Source: Candidatus Omnitrophota bacterium (GTDB lineage Bacteria > Omnitrophota > Gorgyraeia > Gygaellales > Profunditerraquicolaceae). Taken from it: a DNA stretch of 64,000 nucleotides. The position numbers and the translations under genes are program-made. The stretch is from positions 206,206 through 270,205 of the forward strand of contig QZKH01000002.1 of assembly GCA_003598025.1 (NCBI GenBank), given 5' to 3'. The notes below the pieces were generated by a model. The model worked only from the letters and a program-made list of their open reading frames with translations, was not told where the DNA came from and made no database searches. Shown here piece by piece: positions 20,067 to 29,806 of the stretch. Numbering within the stretch: position 1 is the first letter of the stretch; every line of letters begins with the position of its first letter.

Positions 20067-21509
20067 ATGCCGAACCCATTTTTACATAAAGAAGATGCCT
20101 TACTATTCAGGAAGGTACTCCGGGAATCGCAAAAGCGTAAAATTGATGTTTTCCTGGTAGGAGGCTATATCAGGGACCTGTTCCTTAAACGTAAAAAAGC
20201 GAACCCGGATATAGATTTTTGTCTTAAAAACGGTTCTATAAATTTTGCCAGCGGATTGGCAAAGGATATGAAAGCAGCTTTAGTCATCCTGGACAAAGAA
20301 CATGGTATATGCAGGATCGTAAAGAAACTGGCTAAGAGGGTATATACTTTAGATTTTTCTGATTTTCGCGCAGGCTCAATAGAAGAAGACCTCCTTCAGC
20401 GCGACCTTACTATAAACAGTATCGCACTAAACCTGAAGGATCTGTTTTCTTCCGGTTCTTTAGCCGATATGTTGATAGACCCAAGCGGTGGGTTGGGTGA
20501 TTTAAGAAAGAAAAAGATCCGCGTCTTAGACCCCGCCTCTCTTGACGACGACCCCTTAAGGATATTAAGGGTATTCAGTTTTGCATGCATCCTCGGTTTT
20601 AACATAGAGAAAGATACTATCAGCATGGTCAGGCTCAAGAAAGCAAAGCTTAACTTTTCTTCCCCTGAGCGCATAAGAGATGAGTTATTTAAAATACTGG
20701 AAAGTAATAATACGTTTGCATTTTTCACTGAATTGGATAAATTAAGGATTCTTTCTAAGGTTTTCCCTGAAATTGAGTTGATGCGTGGGGTAAGCCAGGG
20801 TCCTTACCATCATTTGGATGTGTTAAAACACAGTTTTGAGACTCTGCGCCAGTTTGAAGCGCTGGCCGGTAAGATTACCAGCAGGCAGGTAAAAGAATAT
20901 TTATTTCAGAATTTTAGTTCACAGAGGTCAAGATACGCCTTATTGAAACTCGCATCATTTCTCCATGACCTGGGCAAGCCTGAGGCAAAACGCAGGAAAG
21001 GCAATAGAATAAAGTTTTACGGCCATGAGCGTATCGGCAGGGATATGGCTGAAGCAATAGCCAGAAGAATAAGGCTTTCTAATGAGGAAACGGACATTTT
21101 AAAACGCATAATATTCTGGCATTTAAGGCCTGGATACCTGGCTGACCAGCAGGTTGTCACTGCGCGTGCGATTTTCCGTTATTTTAGGGATACCCAGAAC
21201 GAAGCAGCATCGGTATTATTGTTATCCATGGCTGACCAGAGGTCTACCCGTGGCAGGCTTACTTCGGAAGAGTCGCGCAGGAGGCACGAAGAAGTATGCC
21301 GCAAGCTGTTGAGAGAATTTTTTAACAGGCAAAAGCAGGAAAAGCCGGTAAGAATCTTAAACGGCGATGACCTGATAAGCGTTTTTAAGCTTGAGCCCTC
21401 TCCGCTTTTTGCAGATATCTTATCTCATATTGAAGAGCTCCAGGCAATCGGCAAAATAAAAACCAGGCAGCAGGCAATTGATGAGGTAAAAAAATTTTTG
21501 AGGAGATAA
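20067..21509 (+). CDS. tRNA nucleotidyltransferase / poly(A) polymerase family with HD domain
   Basis: LVGGYIRD, DIDF, RDLTINSI, DDPLRILR, ERIRDE, HHLDV, HDLGK. Confidence 0.9.
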   Translation: MPNPFLHKEDALLFRKVLRESQKRKIDVFLVGGYIRDLFLKRKKANPDIDFCLKNGSINFASGLAKDMKAALVILDKEHGICRIVKKLAKRVYTLDFSDFRAGSIEEDLLQRDLTINSIALNLKDLFSSGSLADMLIDPSGGLGDLRKKKIRVLDPASLDDDPLRILRVFSFACILGFNIEKDTISMVRLKKAKLNFSSPERIRDELFKILESNNTFAFFTELDKLRILSKVFPEIELMRGVSQGPYHHLDVLKHSFETLRQFEALAGKITSRQVKEYLFQNFSSQRSRYALLKLASFLHDLGKPEAKRRKGNRIKFYGHERIGRDMAEAIARRIRLSNEETDILKRIIFWHLRPGYLADQQVVTARAIFRYFRDTQNEAASVLLLSMADQRSTRGRLTSEESRRRHEEVCRKLLREFFNRQKQEKPVRILNGDDLISVFKLEPSPLFADILSHIEELQAIGKIKTRQQAIDEVKKFLRR

Positions 21510-21510
21510 T

Positions 21511-22221
21511 ATGGTATTGCTAAAGGGCAGGCTTATACAGCGTATCCAAAGGACCCCGTCAGTAGTATCCTTCAGGGTAAAGCCGGATACAGGCATAGAG
21601 TTTATCCCGGGCCAGTTTTTACGGGTTGTCTTTGACGAGTCAAACATTGAGAATAAAGATATGAATAAATATTTGTCTTTTTCTTCATCCCCATTAAGGC
21701 CGTATATTGAATTCACAAAAAGGATAACAGATAGTGCTTTCTCAAAAAAACTTTTTGGCCTTAAGATTAACGATCAGATAAATTTTAGCGGCCCTTTCGG
21801 CCAGTGTGTCCTTAAGGAGGATTACAAAAAAATTGCTTTTTTAACCGGCGGGATAGGCATAACTCCGGTAGTATCTATGATCGATTATATATGCGAGAAG
21901 AAGATGAGTATTGATACGGTGCTTTTTTATTCTAACCGTACCGAGGATGAGATCGCTTTTAAGCCGGAGCTTGATTCTTTCCAGAATAAAAATCATAATA
22001 TCAAGATATTTTACACTATAACCGATTGCTTCCCGAAAGATAATAAATGCTTATACGGCTTTATCAATAAAAATATGATCTATCAGAAGCTTACGGATTT
22101 CAGGGAAAGGAAGATATTTGTTTTTGGCCCGGGCGGCATGGTCACGGCGATGAAAAACCTTTGCCTGGAGATGGGTTGCGACAGCCGGAATTTAAAGACC
22201 GAAACTTTCATAGGTTATTAA
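21511..22221 (+). CDS. Ferredoxin-NADP reductase-like FAD oxidoreductase
   Basis: PGQF, SFSSSP, GPFG, GGIGITP, FGPGGM. Confidence 0.88.
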   Translation: MVLLKGRLIQRIQRTPSVVSFRVKPDTGIEFIPGQFLRVVFDESNIENKDMNKYLSFSSSPLRPYIEFTKRITDSAFSKKLFGLKINDQINFSGPFGQCVLKEDYKKIAFLTGGIGITPVVSMIDYICEKKMSIDTVLFYSNRTEDEIAFKPELDSFQNKNHNIKIFYTITDCFPKDNKCLYGFINKNMIYQKLTDFRERKIFVFGPGGMVTAMKNLCLEMGCDSRNLKTETFIGY

Positions 22222-22231
22222 AGGAAACAGC

Positions 22232-23173
22232 ATGATATTAATCAAGAATACGAAGGTTGAAGTTGTAAAGGCGGACATTACCCGGTTAAAAGTAGATGCA
22301 ATAGTAAACGCAGCAAATAATAAGCTGGTCATGGGAGGCGGAGTTGCTGCAGCTATAAAGAGGAGAGGCGGCGTAGATATTGAAAAAGAGGCAGTAAGCC
22401 TCGGTCCTATCGAAATAGGCCAGGCTATAGCTACTTCCGCAGGAGCTCTTGACGCTAAGTATGTTATTCACGCTGCTACTATGGGTCTGGATTTTAAAAC
22501 AAACGAACAGATAATCCGTTCCTCTTGCAGGAATTCCCTTAAACTTGCAGCTGAAATGAAAATTGAATCAATCGCTTTTCCCGCATTAGGCTGCGGGGTG
22601 GGGGGCTTTCCGCTGTTAGCTTGCGCCAAGATAATGGCCCAGGAAGCGCTTAAGCATATCAGGCAGGAGAATACCTCGCTGCGCCAGATAATTTTCTGCG
22701 CTTATAATGATGAGGACTATTCAGTATTTAATAAAGGCGTATCCGGCTACCTTGATTATGTTGTTAATAATTTAGGGCAGGGGCCATATATAACTGTTGA
22801 CGCGATAATAGAAATAGATGATTCTATCGTAATTATCCAGAGGAGCAACCCGCCGTTCGGCTGGGCGCTTCCCGGAGGTTTCGTTGATTATGGAGAGAGC
22901 CTTGAAGACGCGGTTATCAGGGAAGCAAAAGAAGAGACGAATATGGAGATTACCCAGCTGAAACAATTCAGGACTTATTCAGACCCTGACAGAGATCCGC
23001 GTTTTCATACCATAGGGACTGTTTTTATCGCTAAGGCTAAAGGAAACCCGCGCGCCGGTGATGATGCAAAGGGGCTCAAAGTCATTCCTTTAAAAGATAT
23101 AAAAAAGTTTGATTTTGCTTTTGACCACGGCAGGATAATCGAGGATTATATAAAAGCAAGGAGAGCAAAATAA
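22232..23173 (+). CDS. Macro domain-Nudix hydrolase fusion
   Basis: DIT...DAIVNAAN...GGGVA...FPALGCGVGG, then PGGFVDYGESLEDAVIREAKEET Nudix box. Confidence 0.92.
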   Translation: MILIKNTKVEVVKADITRLKVDAIVNAANNKLVMGGGVAAAIKRRGGVDIEKEAVSLGPIEIGQAIATSAGALDAKYVIHAATMGLDFKTNEQIIRSSCRNSLKLAAEMKIESIAFPALGCGVGGFPLLACAKIMAQEALKHIRQENTSLRQIIFCAYNDEDYSVFNKGVSGYLDYVVNNLGQGPYITVDAIIEIDDSIVIIQRSNPPFGWALPGGFVDYGESLEDAVIREAKEETNMEITQLKQFRTYSDPDRDPRFHTIGTVFIAKAKGNPRAGDDAKGLKVIPLKDIKKFDFAFDHGRIIEDYIKARRAK

Positions 23174-23178
23174 GAAGC

Positions 23179-23601
23179 TTGTTTTTCAGCGGCATAATTT
23201 TCTTTTCAGCCTGTATGATTTCAAGTCTTGGCTGTGCTAAAAACACGCACAAGAAAGTCTGTATAAAGAATGCCTGTATATCGGCTGAAATTGCGGATAC
23301 AGAAGGCAAAAGAACCAGGGGTTTAATGTTCCGGAAGGGTTTAGGCGGGGATGCAGGCATGCTCTTTGTTTATGAAAAAAATGTGCGTCCGTCATTTTGG
23401 ATGAAAAACATGCGTTTTCCGTTAGATATAATCTGGATAGATAAGGACCATAGGATAGTTGATGTTGTTTCTGATGTTCAGCCCTGCACCGATGATTGCG
23501 CATTACTGGTTTCGGATAGAGAGGTGCAATTCATACTTGAGGTAGAGTCGGGATTTGTAAGAAGGCATAATATAAAGCTGGGAGAACTTGTTGAGTTTTA
23601 A
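23179..23601 (+). CDS. DUF192 family protein
   Basis: EIADT...RGLMFR, GMLF, FWMKNMRFPLDIIW. Confidence 0.9.
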   Translation: MFFSGIIFFSACMISSLGCAKNTHKKVCIKNACISAEIADTEGKRTRGLMFRKGLGGDAGMLFVYEKNVRPSFWMKNMRFPLDIIWIDKDHRIVDVVSDVQPCTDDCALLVSDREVQFILEVESGFVRRHNIKLGELVEF

Positions 23602-25472
23602 CCTTCCCGCAGTTGTTTTTCCGCATCCACAATATCACGGTTGATCACGCGTATTGTTTCATGGATTTTTTCTTTTAAGACATGTGAAATAGGGCAGGTG
23701 GCTATTTCTCTCAACACCTGTACGCTCATCCTGAAATAGCGTATAACTTCTCCTTCGTCGGTATCGGTCATCTGGAGGGTTTTGTTAAAGTTAGTTCCTC
23801 TTAACCAGGCTTCCATGCAGGCGCTTAAGTGAAAGAATGGCTGTTTGCTTACGGGATAGATTCTATAACGGCGTTCTTTTTCTTTTATCTTCTCAAAGAT
23901 ATCTTCGCATATATGCCTTATCCTTTTAGTGTTTTTTGATAAAGTAAGGATATGCTGGTTTTTCCTCGGCTCAAATACAACTCCCGCGGCAATGATCCCT
24001 AAGCCAAATTCATCCAGTTGCTCAAGGACCTGCTCCTCAAATAATTCAGAAAGCACCAATTCATACCCGTATACAGACTTAGCAAATTTCCCTTTTTCCG
24101 TGAGATGGCCGTCGTAGATATAGCCCATATCCTTAAGCAATTTTATCTTTGCGTCTATCAGCCTTAACGCCTCTCTTTGGTCATGGCTTTTGGATTGAAA
24201 ATAATGGAATGAAAGCGGGTATACCCTGTGGACTTCGTCTTTATATCTTTCGTAAAGGTTTAATATGGTAGCGTAGGAATTATTCAGCTGGCTCCTTACT
24301 TCTTCAGGCCTGCCGTAAATGATGCGCTTCGTATCTTCGGGTGATATCCTGTTAGGATTTACGCGGCAGTAGACAAAACCCTCTTTATCTATTCCTCTTC
24401 TTCCTGCGCGGCCCGCCATCTGGTAAAAATCCCTGGTTTTTAAGTTCCTGAAGAACCTGCCGTAGTATTTGCGCAGGTCGTCGAACATAACGCTGCGGCT
24501 GGGCATATTTATCCCCAGGGCAAAGGTCTCGGTGGTAAATATTATTTTTAAAAGCCTGCTGGTAAAAAGCCTTTCAATCACTTCTTTTAAGGTTGGCAGC
24601 ATGCCAGCATGATGGTAGGCGATACCTTTTTGTACAAGGGTAAATATTGCCTGGGCGGATTTTTCGTGTGTCAGGCTGAATTTTTCACAGAGCAAATTAA
24701 AAAGAGCAATGATTTTTTCTTTCTCCTGCGAGCTCAGGAAATTGTACCCTGATAATTCAAAGGCAAGCTCTTCGGCCCTGCGCCTGCCGAATACAAAATA
24801 AATTCCGGGCAGGCCGTCTTTTTGCTTTACGTAATTTATCAAAGCATTAAATTTGTTTGGGCGCGGATTCTTCGTCCTCCTGATCTTATTGATGTTGTCC
24901 AGTATCTCATTATTCGATTGGAAGAAAAAATGCAGGGGGACGGGGCGTTTTTCCTCAATGACCATCTTGGTCGGTTTTTTGCGTATTGTTTCTATCCATT
25001 GGGCAAAGAATTTTATATTTGGTATAGTGGCTGATAGGCCCAGGAGATTTAAATGTTCGGGCATAAAAATCAACGATTCTTCCCAGACTGTGCCGCGTTC
25101 AGGGTTATCAATGTAGTGTATCTCATCAAAGATCACCCAGGAATATTTTTTCAGGCTTAGCGGCTCCTCAAGTATCTTATTGCGCAGGATCTCCGTGGTC
25201 ATTATAAGCACAGGGGCATCCGGGTTAATGGATACATCGCCGGTAAGTATCCCTATTTTTTCTGAAAAGTTATCGTAGAAATCGCGGAATTTCTGGTTAG
25301 AGAGCGCTTTTATCGGTGCGGTATAAATTACGCCGGTATTTAATTTTATGGACTCGCTTATTACATGCTCTGCTATTGCTGTTTTGCCTGCGCCTGTTGG
25401 AGCCGAGACTATTACAGAATAGCCCTGATTTATGTAATTTATAGCTTCTTCTTGAAACCGGTCATATATCAT
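23598..25472 (-). CDS. Ski2/HelY-like DEAD/DEAH-box helicase
   Basis: APTGAGKT, PIKALSNQK, DEIH, LSAT, HHAG, TETFALGINMP, QMAGRAGRRG. Confidence 0.93.
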   Translation of the reverse strand: MIYDRFQEEAINYINQGYSVIVSAPTGAGKTAIAEHVISESIKLNTGVIYTAPIKALSNQKFRDFYDNFSEKIGILTGDVSINPDAPVLIMTTEILRNKILEEPLSLKKYSWVIFDEIHYIDNPERGTVWEESLIFMPEHLNLLGLSATIPNIKFFAQWIETIRKKPTKMVIEEKRPVPLHFFFQSNNEILDNINKIRRTKNPRPNKFNALINYVKQKDGLPGIYFVFGRRRAEELAFELSGYNFLSSQEKEKIIALFNLLCEKFSLTHEKSAQAIFTLVQKGIAYHHAGMLPTLKEVIERLFTSRLLKIIFTTETFALGINMPSRSVMFDDLRKYYGRFFRNLKTRDFYQMAGRAGRRGIDKEGFVYCRVNPNRISPEDTKRIIYGRPEEVRSQLNNSYATILNLYERYKDEVHRVYPLSFHYFQSKSHDQREALRLIDAKIKLLKDMGYIYDGHLTEKGKFAKSVYGYELVLSELFEEQVLEQLDEFGLGIIAAGVVFEPRKNQHILTLSKNTKRIRHICEDIFEKIKEKERRYRIYPVSKQPFFHLSACMEAWLRGTNFNKTLQMTDTDEGEVIRYFRMSVQVLREIATCPISHVLKEKIHETIRVINRDIVDAEKQLREG

Positions 25473-25475
25473 AGT

Positions 25476-25567
25476 ATTAGTTCATGGTTCATAGTTCATA
25501 GATTAGTTCACAGTGCACAGTTCGCAGAGCACAGATTAGTTCATGGTTCACGGTTCATGGAGTACAG
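25476..25567. repeat. Three stacked left-arm heptamer arrays, each starting ATTAG
   Basis: attag-ttcatg-gttcata-gttcata-g | attag-ttcaca-gtgcaca-gttcgca-gagcaca-g | attag-ttcatg-gttcacg-gttcatg-gagtaca-g. Confidence 0.9.
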
Positions 25568-26272
25568 TTATTGAATTTGTTTTATAAATTTAATAAATCT
25601 TCTTGTATAGAGCGTGTAAAAGAATGAAGTGTCATTAACATATTGACCCTCGGAGATACGGCTTGAAGACTTATTCCAATATAGAACATTTGAAAACAAG
25701 CCTATATTTCTAAGTTCCCTTACCGCTGAATCAGTTAATTCAGGGGAGTATTGGAATTTCTGATGTGTTTCTGTTACGACATCTCTTATTATAATCTGCG
25801 GTAATGAAATTGTACTCTCTAATTGTTTATCATACTTTTCATAAATAGCATATAGTACATTTAATGCCACCTTGCTTAAATGCCTAATTAAATCAATAAA
25901 TCGTAATTTTTCATCTTCTGAAACATTCCTATCGGAAGCATTAAATAGGGCATTAACAAATATTTCTTGCTTGTCCATATATTCTGCGTTTAATGCTGTC
26001 TCCATTATTTTAATACAAAACAACTGTCCTTCTTGTGTATTAAAATATTCCTGCAGTTTATTTTTGAATTCGTCATTAAGGTTATTAATTCTATTTTCAA
26101 GATGCCCCAACATTTGAATTCGAGTTTGTTCTTTTATGGAATCTTGACATTTTTCTAATCCTTCTACCAAATCCCCCCATAGCGGGACCCTTTTTGCGAA
26201 GCTTTTTACAGCTCCCCAAAGTCCTGATTTTACGGCTAAGAGCCGGTTTGTTCTAATGTTTTCTTTATTCAT
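25568..26272 (-). CDS. AT-rich hypothetical helical protein (cargo between repeat arms)
   Basis: 234 aa from MNKENIRT; the ORF-track extension to 26383 reads into the repeat (MMVHSSW). Confidence 0.7.
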   Translation of the reverse strand: MNKENIRTNRLLAVKSGLWGAVKSFAKRVPLWGDLVEGLEKCQDSIKEQTRIQMLGHLENRINNLNDEFKNKLQEYFNTQEGQLFCIKIMETALNAEYMDKQEIFVNALFNASDRNVSEDEKLRFIDLIRHLSKVALNVLYAIYEKYDKQLESTISLPQIIIRDVVTETHQKFQYSPELTDSAVRELRNIGLFSNVLYWNKSSSRISEGQYVNDTSFFYTLYTRRFIKFIKQIQ

Positions 26273-26362
26273 CAGTTCGTTTACAAAGTTATTTGTAGAG
26301 ACTATGGCGTGAAGGAACAATAAATTTGGACCCCCCACCATTCTTTCTTTAGTTACTTTTAA

Positions 26363-26394
26363 CCATGAACTATGAACCATCAACTATGAACTAA
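26363..26394. repeat. Right-arm heptamer array
   Basis: ccatgaa-ctatgaa-ccatcaa-ctatgaa-ctaa. Confidence 0.88.
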
Positions 26395-26397
26395 CCT

Positions 26398-26567
26398 ATC
26401 CCACAGCTATAATCCCGGGATAAGTTCGGTCCTATAACTTACGTTCTACGCCTACGGCGTATCCGTAAGTTATGACCTCACAAATCCCACAGCTATAATC
26501 CCGGGATAAGTTCGCGCATACAATTTACGTTCGCCGCCTTTGGCGCCTCCGTAAATTGTGCGCTCAC
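26398..26567. repeat. Two tandem ~86-bp REP-like palindromic units
   Basis: Identical 31-nt head atcccacagctataatcccgggataagttcg at 26398 and 26484, each followed by a hairpin with covarying stems. Confidence 0.85.
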
Positions 26568-26586
26568 TTATTATATTCTAAAAACA

Positions 26587-26615
26587 TTGATTTATCTATT
26601 ATTAAATAGTAGAAT
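26587..26615 (+). promoter_or_regulatory. Putative sigma70 promoter
   Basis: TTGATT-17 bp-TAGAAT just upstream of ATG 26623. Confidence 0.4.
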
Positions 26616-26622
26616 AAGGGGC

Positions 26623-27174
26623 ATGAGTTATGAGGTGGCGCTGAATAAGGCATGGCTAGATATTGCTAACCTTAATGTTACCAAGAATTTATCGGTAAAA
26701 TTTCTTGGTGATGAGTATTCGGTTGATACAGAAAACAGGGTAATCCTGTCTTTGGCTTGTAACGTAAAAACGAAAGACTATAGGACAATACTTATCCTGC
26801 ATTATTTGAAGAAAAAAATATCAGGTTTGCCTTTATTAAGCGGTAACTGGAAGAATTTCAGAGAGATAGCCTTGATCGAAGGCTATCACGATACATTCAG
26901 GAACAGGGTGCTTAAGCCGTTAATAAGGAAATACGGCAGGAACCCGGAAGGAATTTCTGATTCGATTAAGCGCTTCAAAGCCAGAATGGTTAATAAGGCA
27001 GATGTGGCTTTTGAGGTTGAGGTTTTTGAGGGTGTTCCTGTCTTGATAGAGTTATGGCGCCAGGACGAAGAGTTTGAGGCAGAGGCAAATCTCCTTTTTG
27101 ACGCGAGTATTACCGATATTTTCTGCATAGAAGACATTGTGGTATTGGCTGAGACAGTAGCAGCAGCACTTTAG
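26623..27174 (+). CDS. DUF3786 family protein
   Basis: ILILHYL, W.NFREI, LWRQDEEFEAEANLLFD, EDIVVL. Confidence 0.85.
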   Translation: MSYEVALNKAWLDIANLNVTKNLSVKFLGDEYSVDTENRVILSLACNVKTKDYRTILILHYLKKKISGLPLLSGNWKNFREIALIEGYHDTFRNRVLKPLIRKYGRNPEGISDSIKRFKARMVNKADVAFEVEVFEGVPVLIELWRQDEEFEAEANLLFDASITDIFCIEDIVVLAETVAAAL

Positions 27175-27177
27175 CGG

Positions 27178-27744
27178 GTGAAAATGCGTATCTATAAAAT
27201 AACTTTAATAGTTCTGACGTTGGTTGCCGGAGCTATTTGTGTTTTTCTAGAGAGCAGTATTTCTTATGCCGAAGAAGCAAAGATTTCTTTTCCCGTCGGC
27301 AAAGGTTATGATTATAACAACATACTCGTAAAAAGAGTTATTGACGGAGATACCTTGCTGCTTGAGGACGGCCAAAGGGTACGTATGATAGGCATTGATA
27401 CTCCGGAAATACACGAATCAAGAAAACTTTATCGTGACAGCAAGAAAAATAGCCAGGATGTAGAAGCAATAAAAAACATGGGAAGAAAGTCGTACGAATT
27501 TACAAAGAAACTTATTGAAGGCAAAATGGCCAGGCTTGAGTTTGATGTTGAGAGAAAAGACAGGTACGGCCGGCTGCTTGCTTATGTTTACCTGCATGAT
27601 GGCACATTTGTAAATGCCGAGATAGTCAGGCAGGGCTACGCCTCTTTATTAACAATACCGCCTAATGTAAAATTTGCTGATATGTTCCTGCAGCTGTATC
27701 GTCAAGCCCGCGAAAAGCAAGTAGGCCTCTGGAGGGAAGAATGA
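27178..27744 (+). CDS. Thermonuclease (SNase) family protein
   Basis: VIDGDT, VRMIGIDTPE, DRYGRLLAYV, AREKQVGLW; N-terminal signal/TM. Confidence 0.93.
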   Translation: MKMRIYKITLIVLTLVAGAICVFLESSISYAEEAKISFPVGKGYDYNNILVKRVIDGDTLLLEDGQRVRMIGIDTPEIHESRKLYRDSKKNSQDVEAIKNMGRKSYEFTKKLIEGKMARLEFDVERKDRYGRLLAYVYLHDGTFVNAEIVRQGYASLLTIPPNVKFADMFLQLYRQAREKQVGLWREE

Positions 27745-28661
27745 GCCCGATAAGAGTAATAAGCAAAAAAATGGGTGAGCTTTTAATTGAAAGGGGCATC
27801 ATCAGCCAGGAAAACCTGCAGGTAGCGCTTAGGGTGCAAAAGGAAAAAGGCGGCTACATAAGCCAGCACCTGATCGGACTTGGATATGTAACTGAATTTG
27901 ACGTCGCAAATTGCCTGGCAAGCCAATACGGTTTTGCCTATCTGCCTCTTGAAAATTACAGCATCCCGGATAAGGTCTTAAATATACTGCCTCTTAAGAT
28001 CATACGCATATATTGCCTTATGCCGATAGACAAAATCGGCAATGCCCTCACTGTGACGATGGCTGATCCTTTGAATGACGGGGTTATAGAGATGCTTAAA
28101 CATATTACCAACTGTGAAATAAAAGTATTTATAAGCACATACAGCGAGCTATATAAGGCTATAGATAAATATTACGGCAAAAATATGAATGAATCCGAAG
28201 AGGCAAGCATGGAGAGAAAAGACCTTCTCCGCGAGAATATCGTTCATTCTTTTATACAGACAAAAAGCTATGCCGGGGTGGAAAGGCGCAGGGATATAAG
28301 GATAGATGTAGATGGATTAAGCCTGTTGTATTTTCTTGAGGGCAAAGAATACAAAGCCGTGGTGCGCAATATTAGTTATTATGGGGTATATTTTACATGC
28401 GATTCATTTCTGCCCATAGATACGAATCTTTATACCAATATTGTTTGTAAGATACAAATGCAGGATGAAGTGCTTCATTCTGTCGTCCAGGTTGTCAGGG
28501 TGGAGAGGAAGAAAGGCGATGATAACCCCGATAACGTTTCGCCTTCCTGGCACTACGGTATCGCGGGTTTTTATAATTTTATGACCAAGGATGACAGGCA
28601 TAAGCTCGCTGTGTTTTTAAGCGAGCTTCTGAAAAAACGCGATGCCGGAAGCAAAGATTAA
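27741..28661 (+). CDS. GspE/PilB N-terminal (MshEN-like) domain plus PilZ domain protein
   Basis: KMGELLIERGIISQENLQVALRVQ, MADPL; C-terminal ERRRDIR...NISYYG; no Walker motifs. Confidence 0.82.
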   Translation: MSPIRVISKKMGELLIERGIISQENLQVALRVQKEKGGYISQHLIGLGYVTEFDVANCLASQYGFAYLPLENYSIPDKVLNILPLKIIRIYCLMPIDKIGNALTVTMADPLNDGVIEMLKHITNCEIKVFISTYSELYKAIDKYYGKNMNESEEASMERKDLLRENIVHSFIQTKSYAGVERRRDIRIDVDGLSLLYFLEGKEYKAVVRNISYYGVYFTCDSFLPIDTNLYTNIVCKIQMQDEVLHSVVQVVRVERKKGDDNPDNVSPSWHYGIAGFYNFMTKDDRHKLAVFLSELLKKRDAGSKD

Positions 28662-28708
28662 TCAAAGACCCGCCGCAGGTTATTGGCGGCCTGATAGAGG
28701 AGGATAAA

Positions 28709-29749
28709 ATGCTCAGATATTTAACTGCCGGAGAATCTCATGGCAAGGCAATAACCGCTGTTCTGGAAGGGATGCCCGCAGGCTTAAAGATAAATACTGC
28801 TTTTTTAAACTCGGAACTGAAAAGGCGCCAGTCCGGTTTTGGCAGAGGAAAACGCATGAAGATAGAATGCGACCGTGCGGATATCCTCTCCGGGATAAAG
28901 AATAACGTTACACTTGGCAGCCCGATAACCCTGGCAATAAAGAACAGGGATGACAGTATCGAGCGCCTGCATAAAGTGCTTGCGCCGCGTCCGGGGCATG
29001 CCGACTTAGCCGGTTTCCTTAAATACGGCTTTAGCGATATACGCCAGGTGCTTGAGCGCGCTTCAGCAAGGAGCACGGTTTCGGTCGTTGCAATCGGCGC
29101 GATCTCTAAATTGCTGCTAAATGAATTCCGTATAAAGATTTCAAGCCGGGTACTTTCTGTGGCCGGCTCAACTTCCGCAGCAAAAATAAAAGGGAAAATC
29201 ATCGAGGCCATGAAAGAGAAGGATACTGTCGGAGGTATTTTTGAAGTCAGGGCAGAGTCGGTGCCTGTGGGTTTAGGCAGCTATGCCCATGCTGACAGAA
29301 GGCTTGATAGCCGCCTGGCAAAAGAAGTCATGGCTATACCGGGCATAAAAGGAGTTGAGATAGGTTTAGGGTTTGGCTATGCGCAGAAAAAAGGCTCAGA
29401 AGTCCATGACGCAATTTACTTCAGCAGGCAAAAAGGTTACGTGAGGAAGACCAATAATGCCGGCGGCATTGAAGGCGGGATATCTAATGGCGAGGACATA
29501 ATTATGCGCGCCTGCATGAAACCCATATCTACATTAATGCGGCCGCTTGATTCCGTTAACATTATGACTAGCAAGGCATCCAAAGCCAGCGTCGAACGGA
29601 CTGATACCTGTGTTGTTCAGGCTGCGGGCGTAGTGGCTGAATCAGCGTGCGCTTTTGTCCTGGCGGATGCTTTATTAGAGAAGTTTGGCAATGATAACCT
29701 TGGCGACATCAAACTGGCCTTTAAGAATTATTTGAAAAGAATATCTTAA
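28709..29749 (+). CDS. aroC: Chorismate synthase
   Basis: TAGESHG, PRPGHAD, ERASAR, NNAGGIEGGISNG, MKPISTL. Confidence 0.97.
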   Translation: MLRYLTAGESHGKAITAVLEGMPAGLKINTAFLNSELKRRQSGFGRGKRMKIECDRADILSGIKNNVTLGSPITLAIKNRDDSIERLHKVLAPRPGHADLAGFLKYGFSDIRQVLERASARSTVSVVAIGAISKLLLNEFRIKISSRVLSVAGSTSAAKIKGKIIEAMKEKDTVGGIFEVRAESVPVGLGSYAHADRRLDSRLAKEVMAIPGIKGVEIGLGFGYAQKKGSEVHDAIYFSRQKGYVRKTNNAGGIEGGISNGEDIIMRACMKPISTLMRPLDSVNIMTSKASKASVERTDTCVVQAAGVVAESACAFVLADALLEKFGNDNLGDIKLAFKNYLKRIS

Positions 29750-29806
29750 ACAAGGTTAGAAAGTATCACCTTCCTTCGTCTATTAATATTGAAGGGGGTG
29801 ATACCT

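Noticed and set aside
26273-26383. N-terminal extension of the cargo ORF (MMVHSSW...)
   Set aside because: It starts within the heptamer arm, where ATGs arise from the repeat itself.
26398-26567. Mini CRISPR array (31-nt direct repeat twice)
   Set aside because: Only two repeats, the ~55-nt intervening sequences are homologous palindromes rather than unique spacers, and there are no cas genes in the window.
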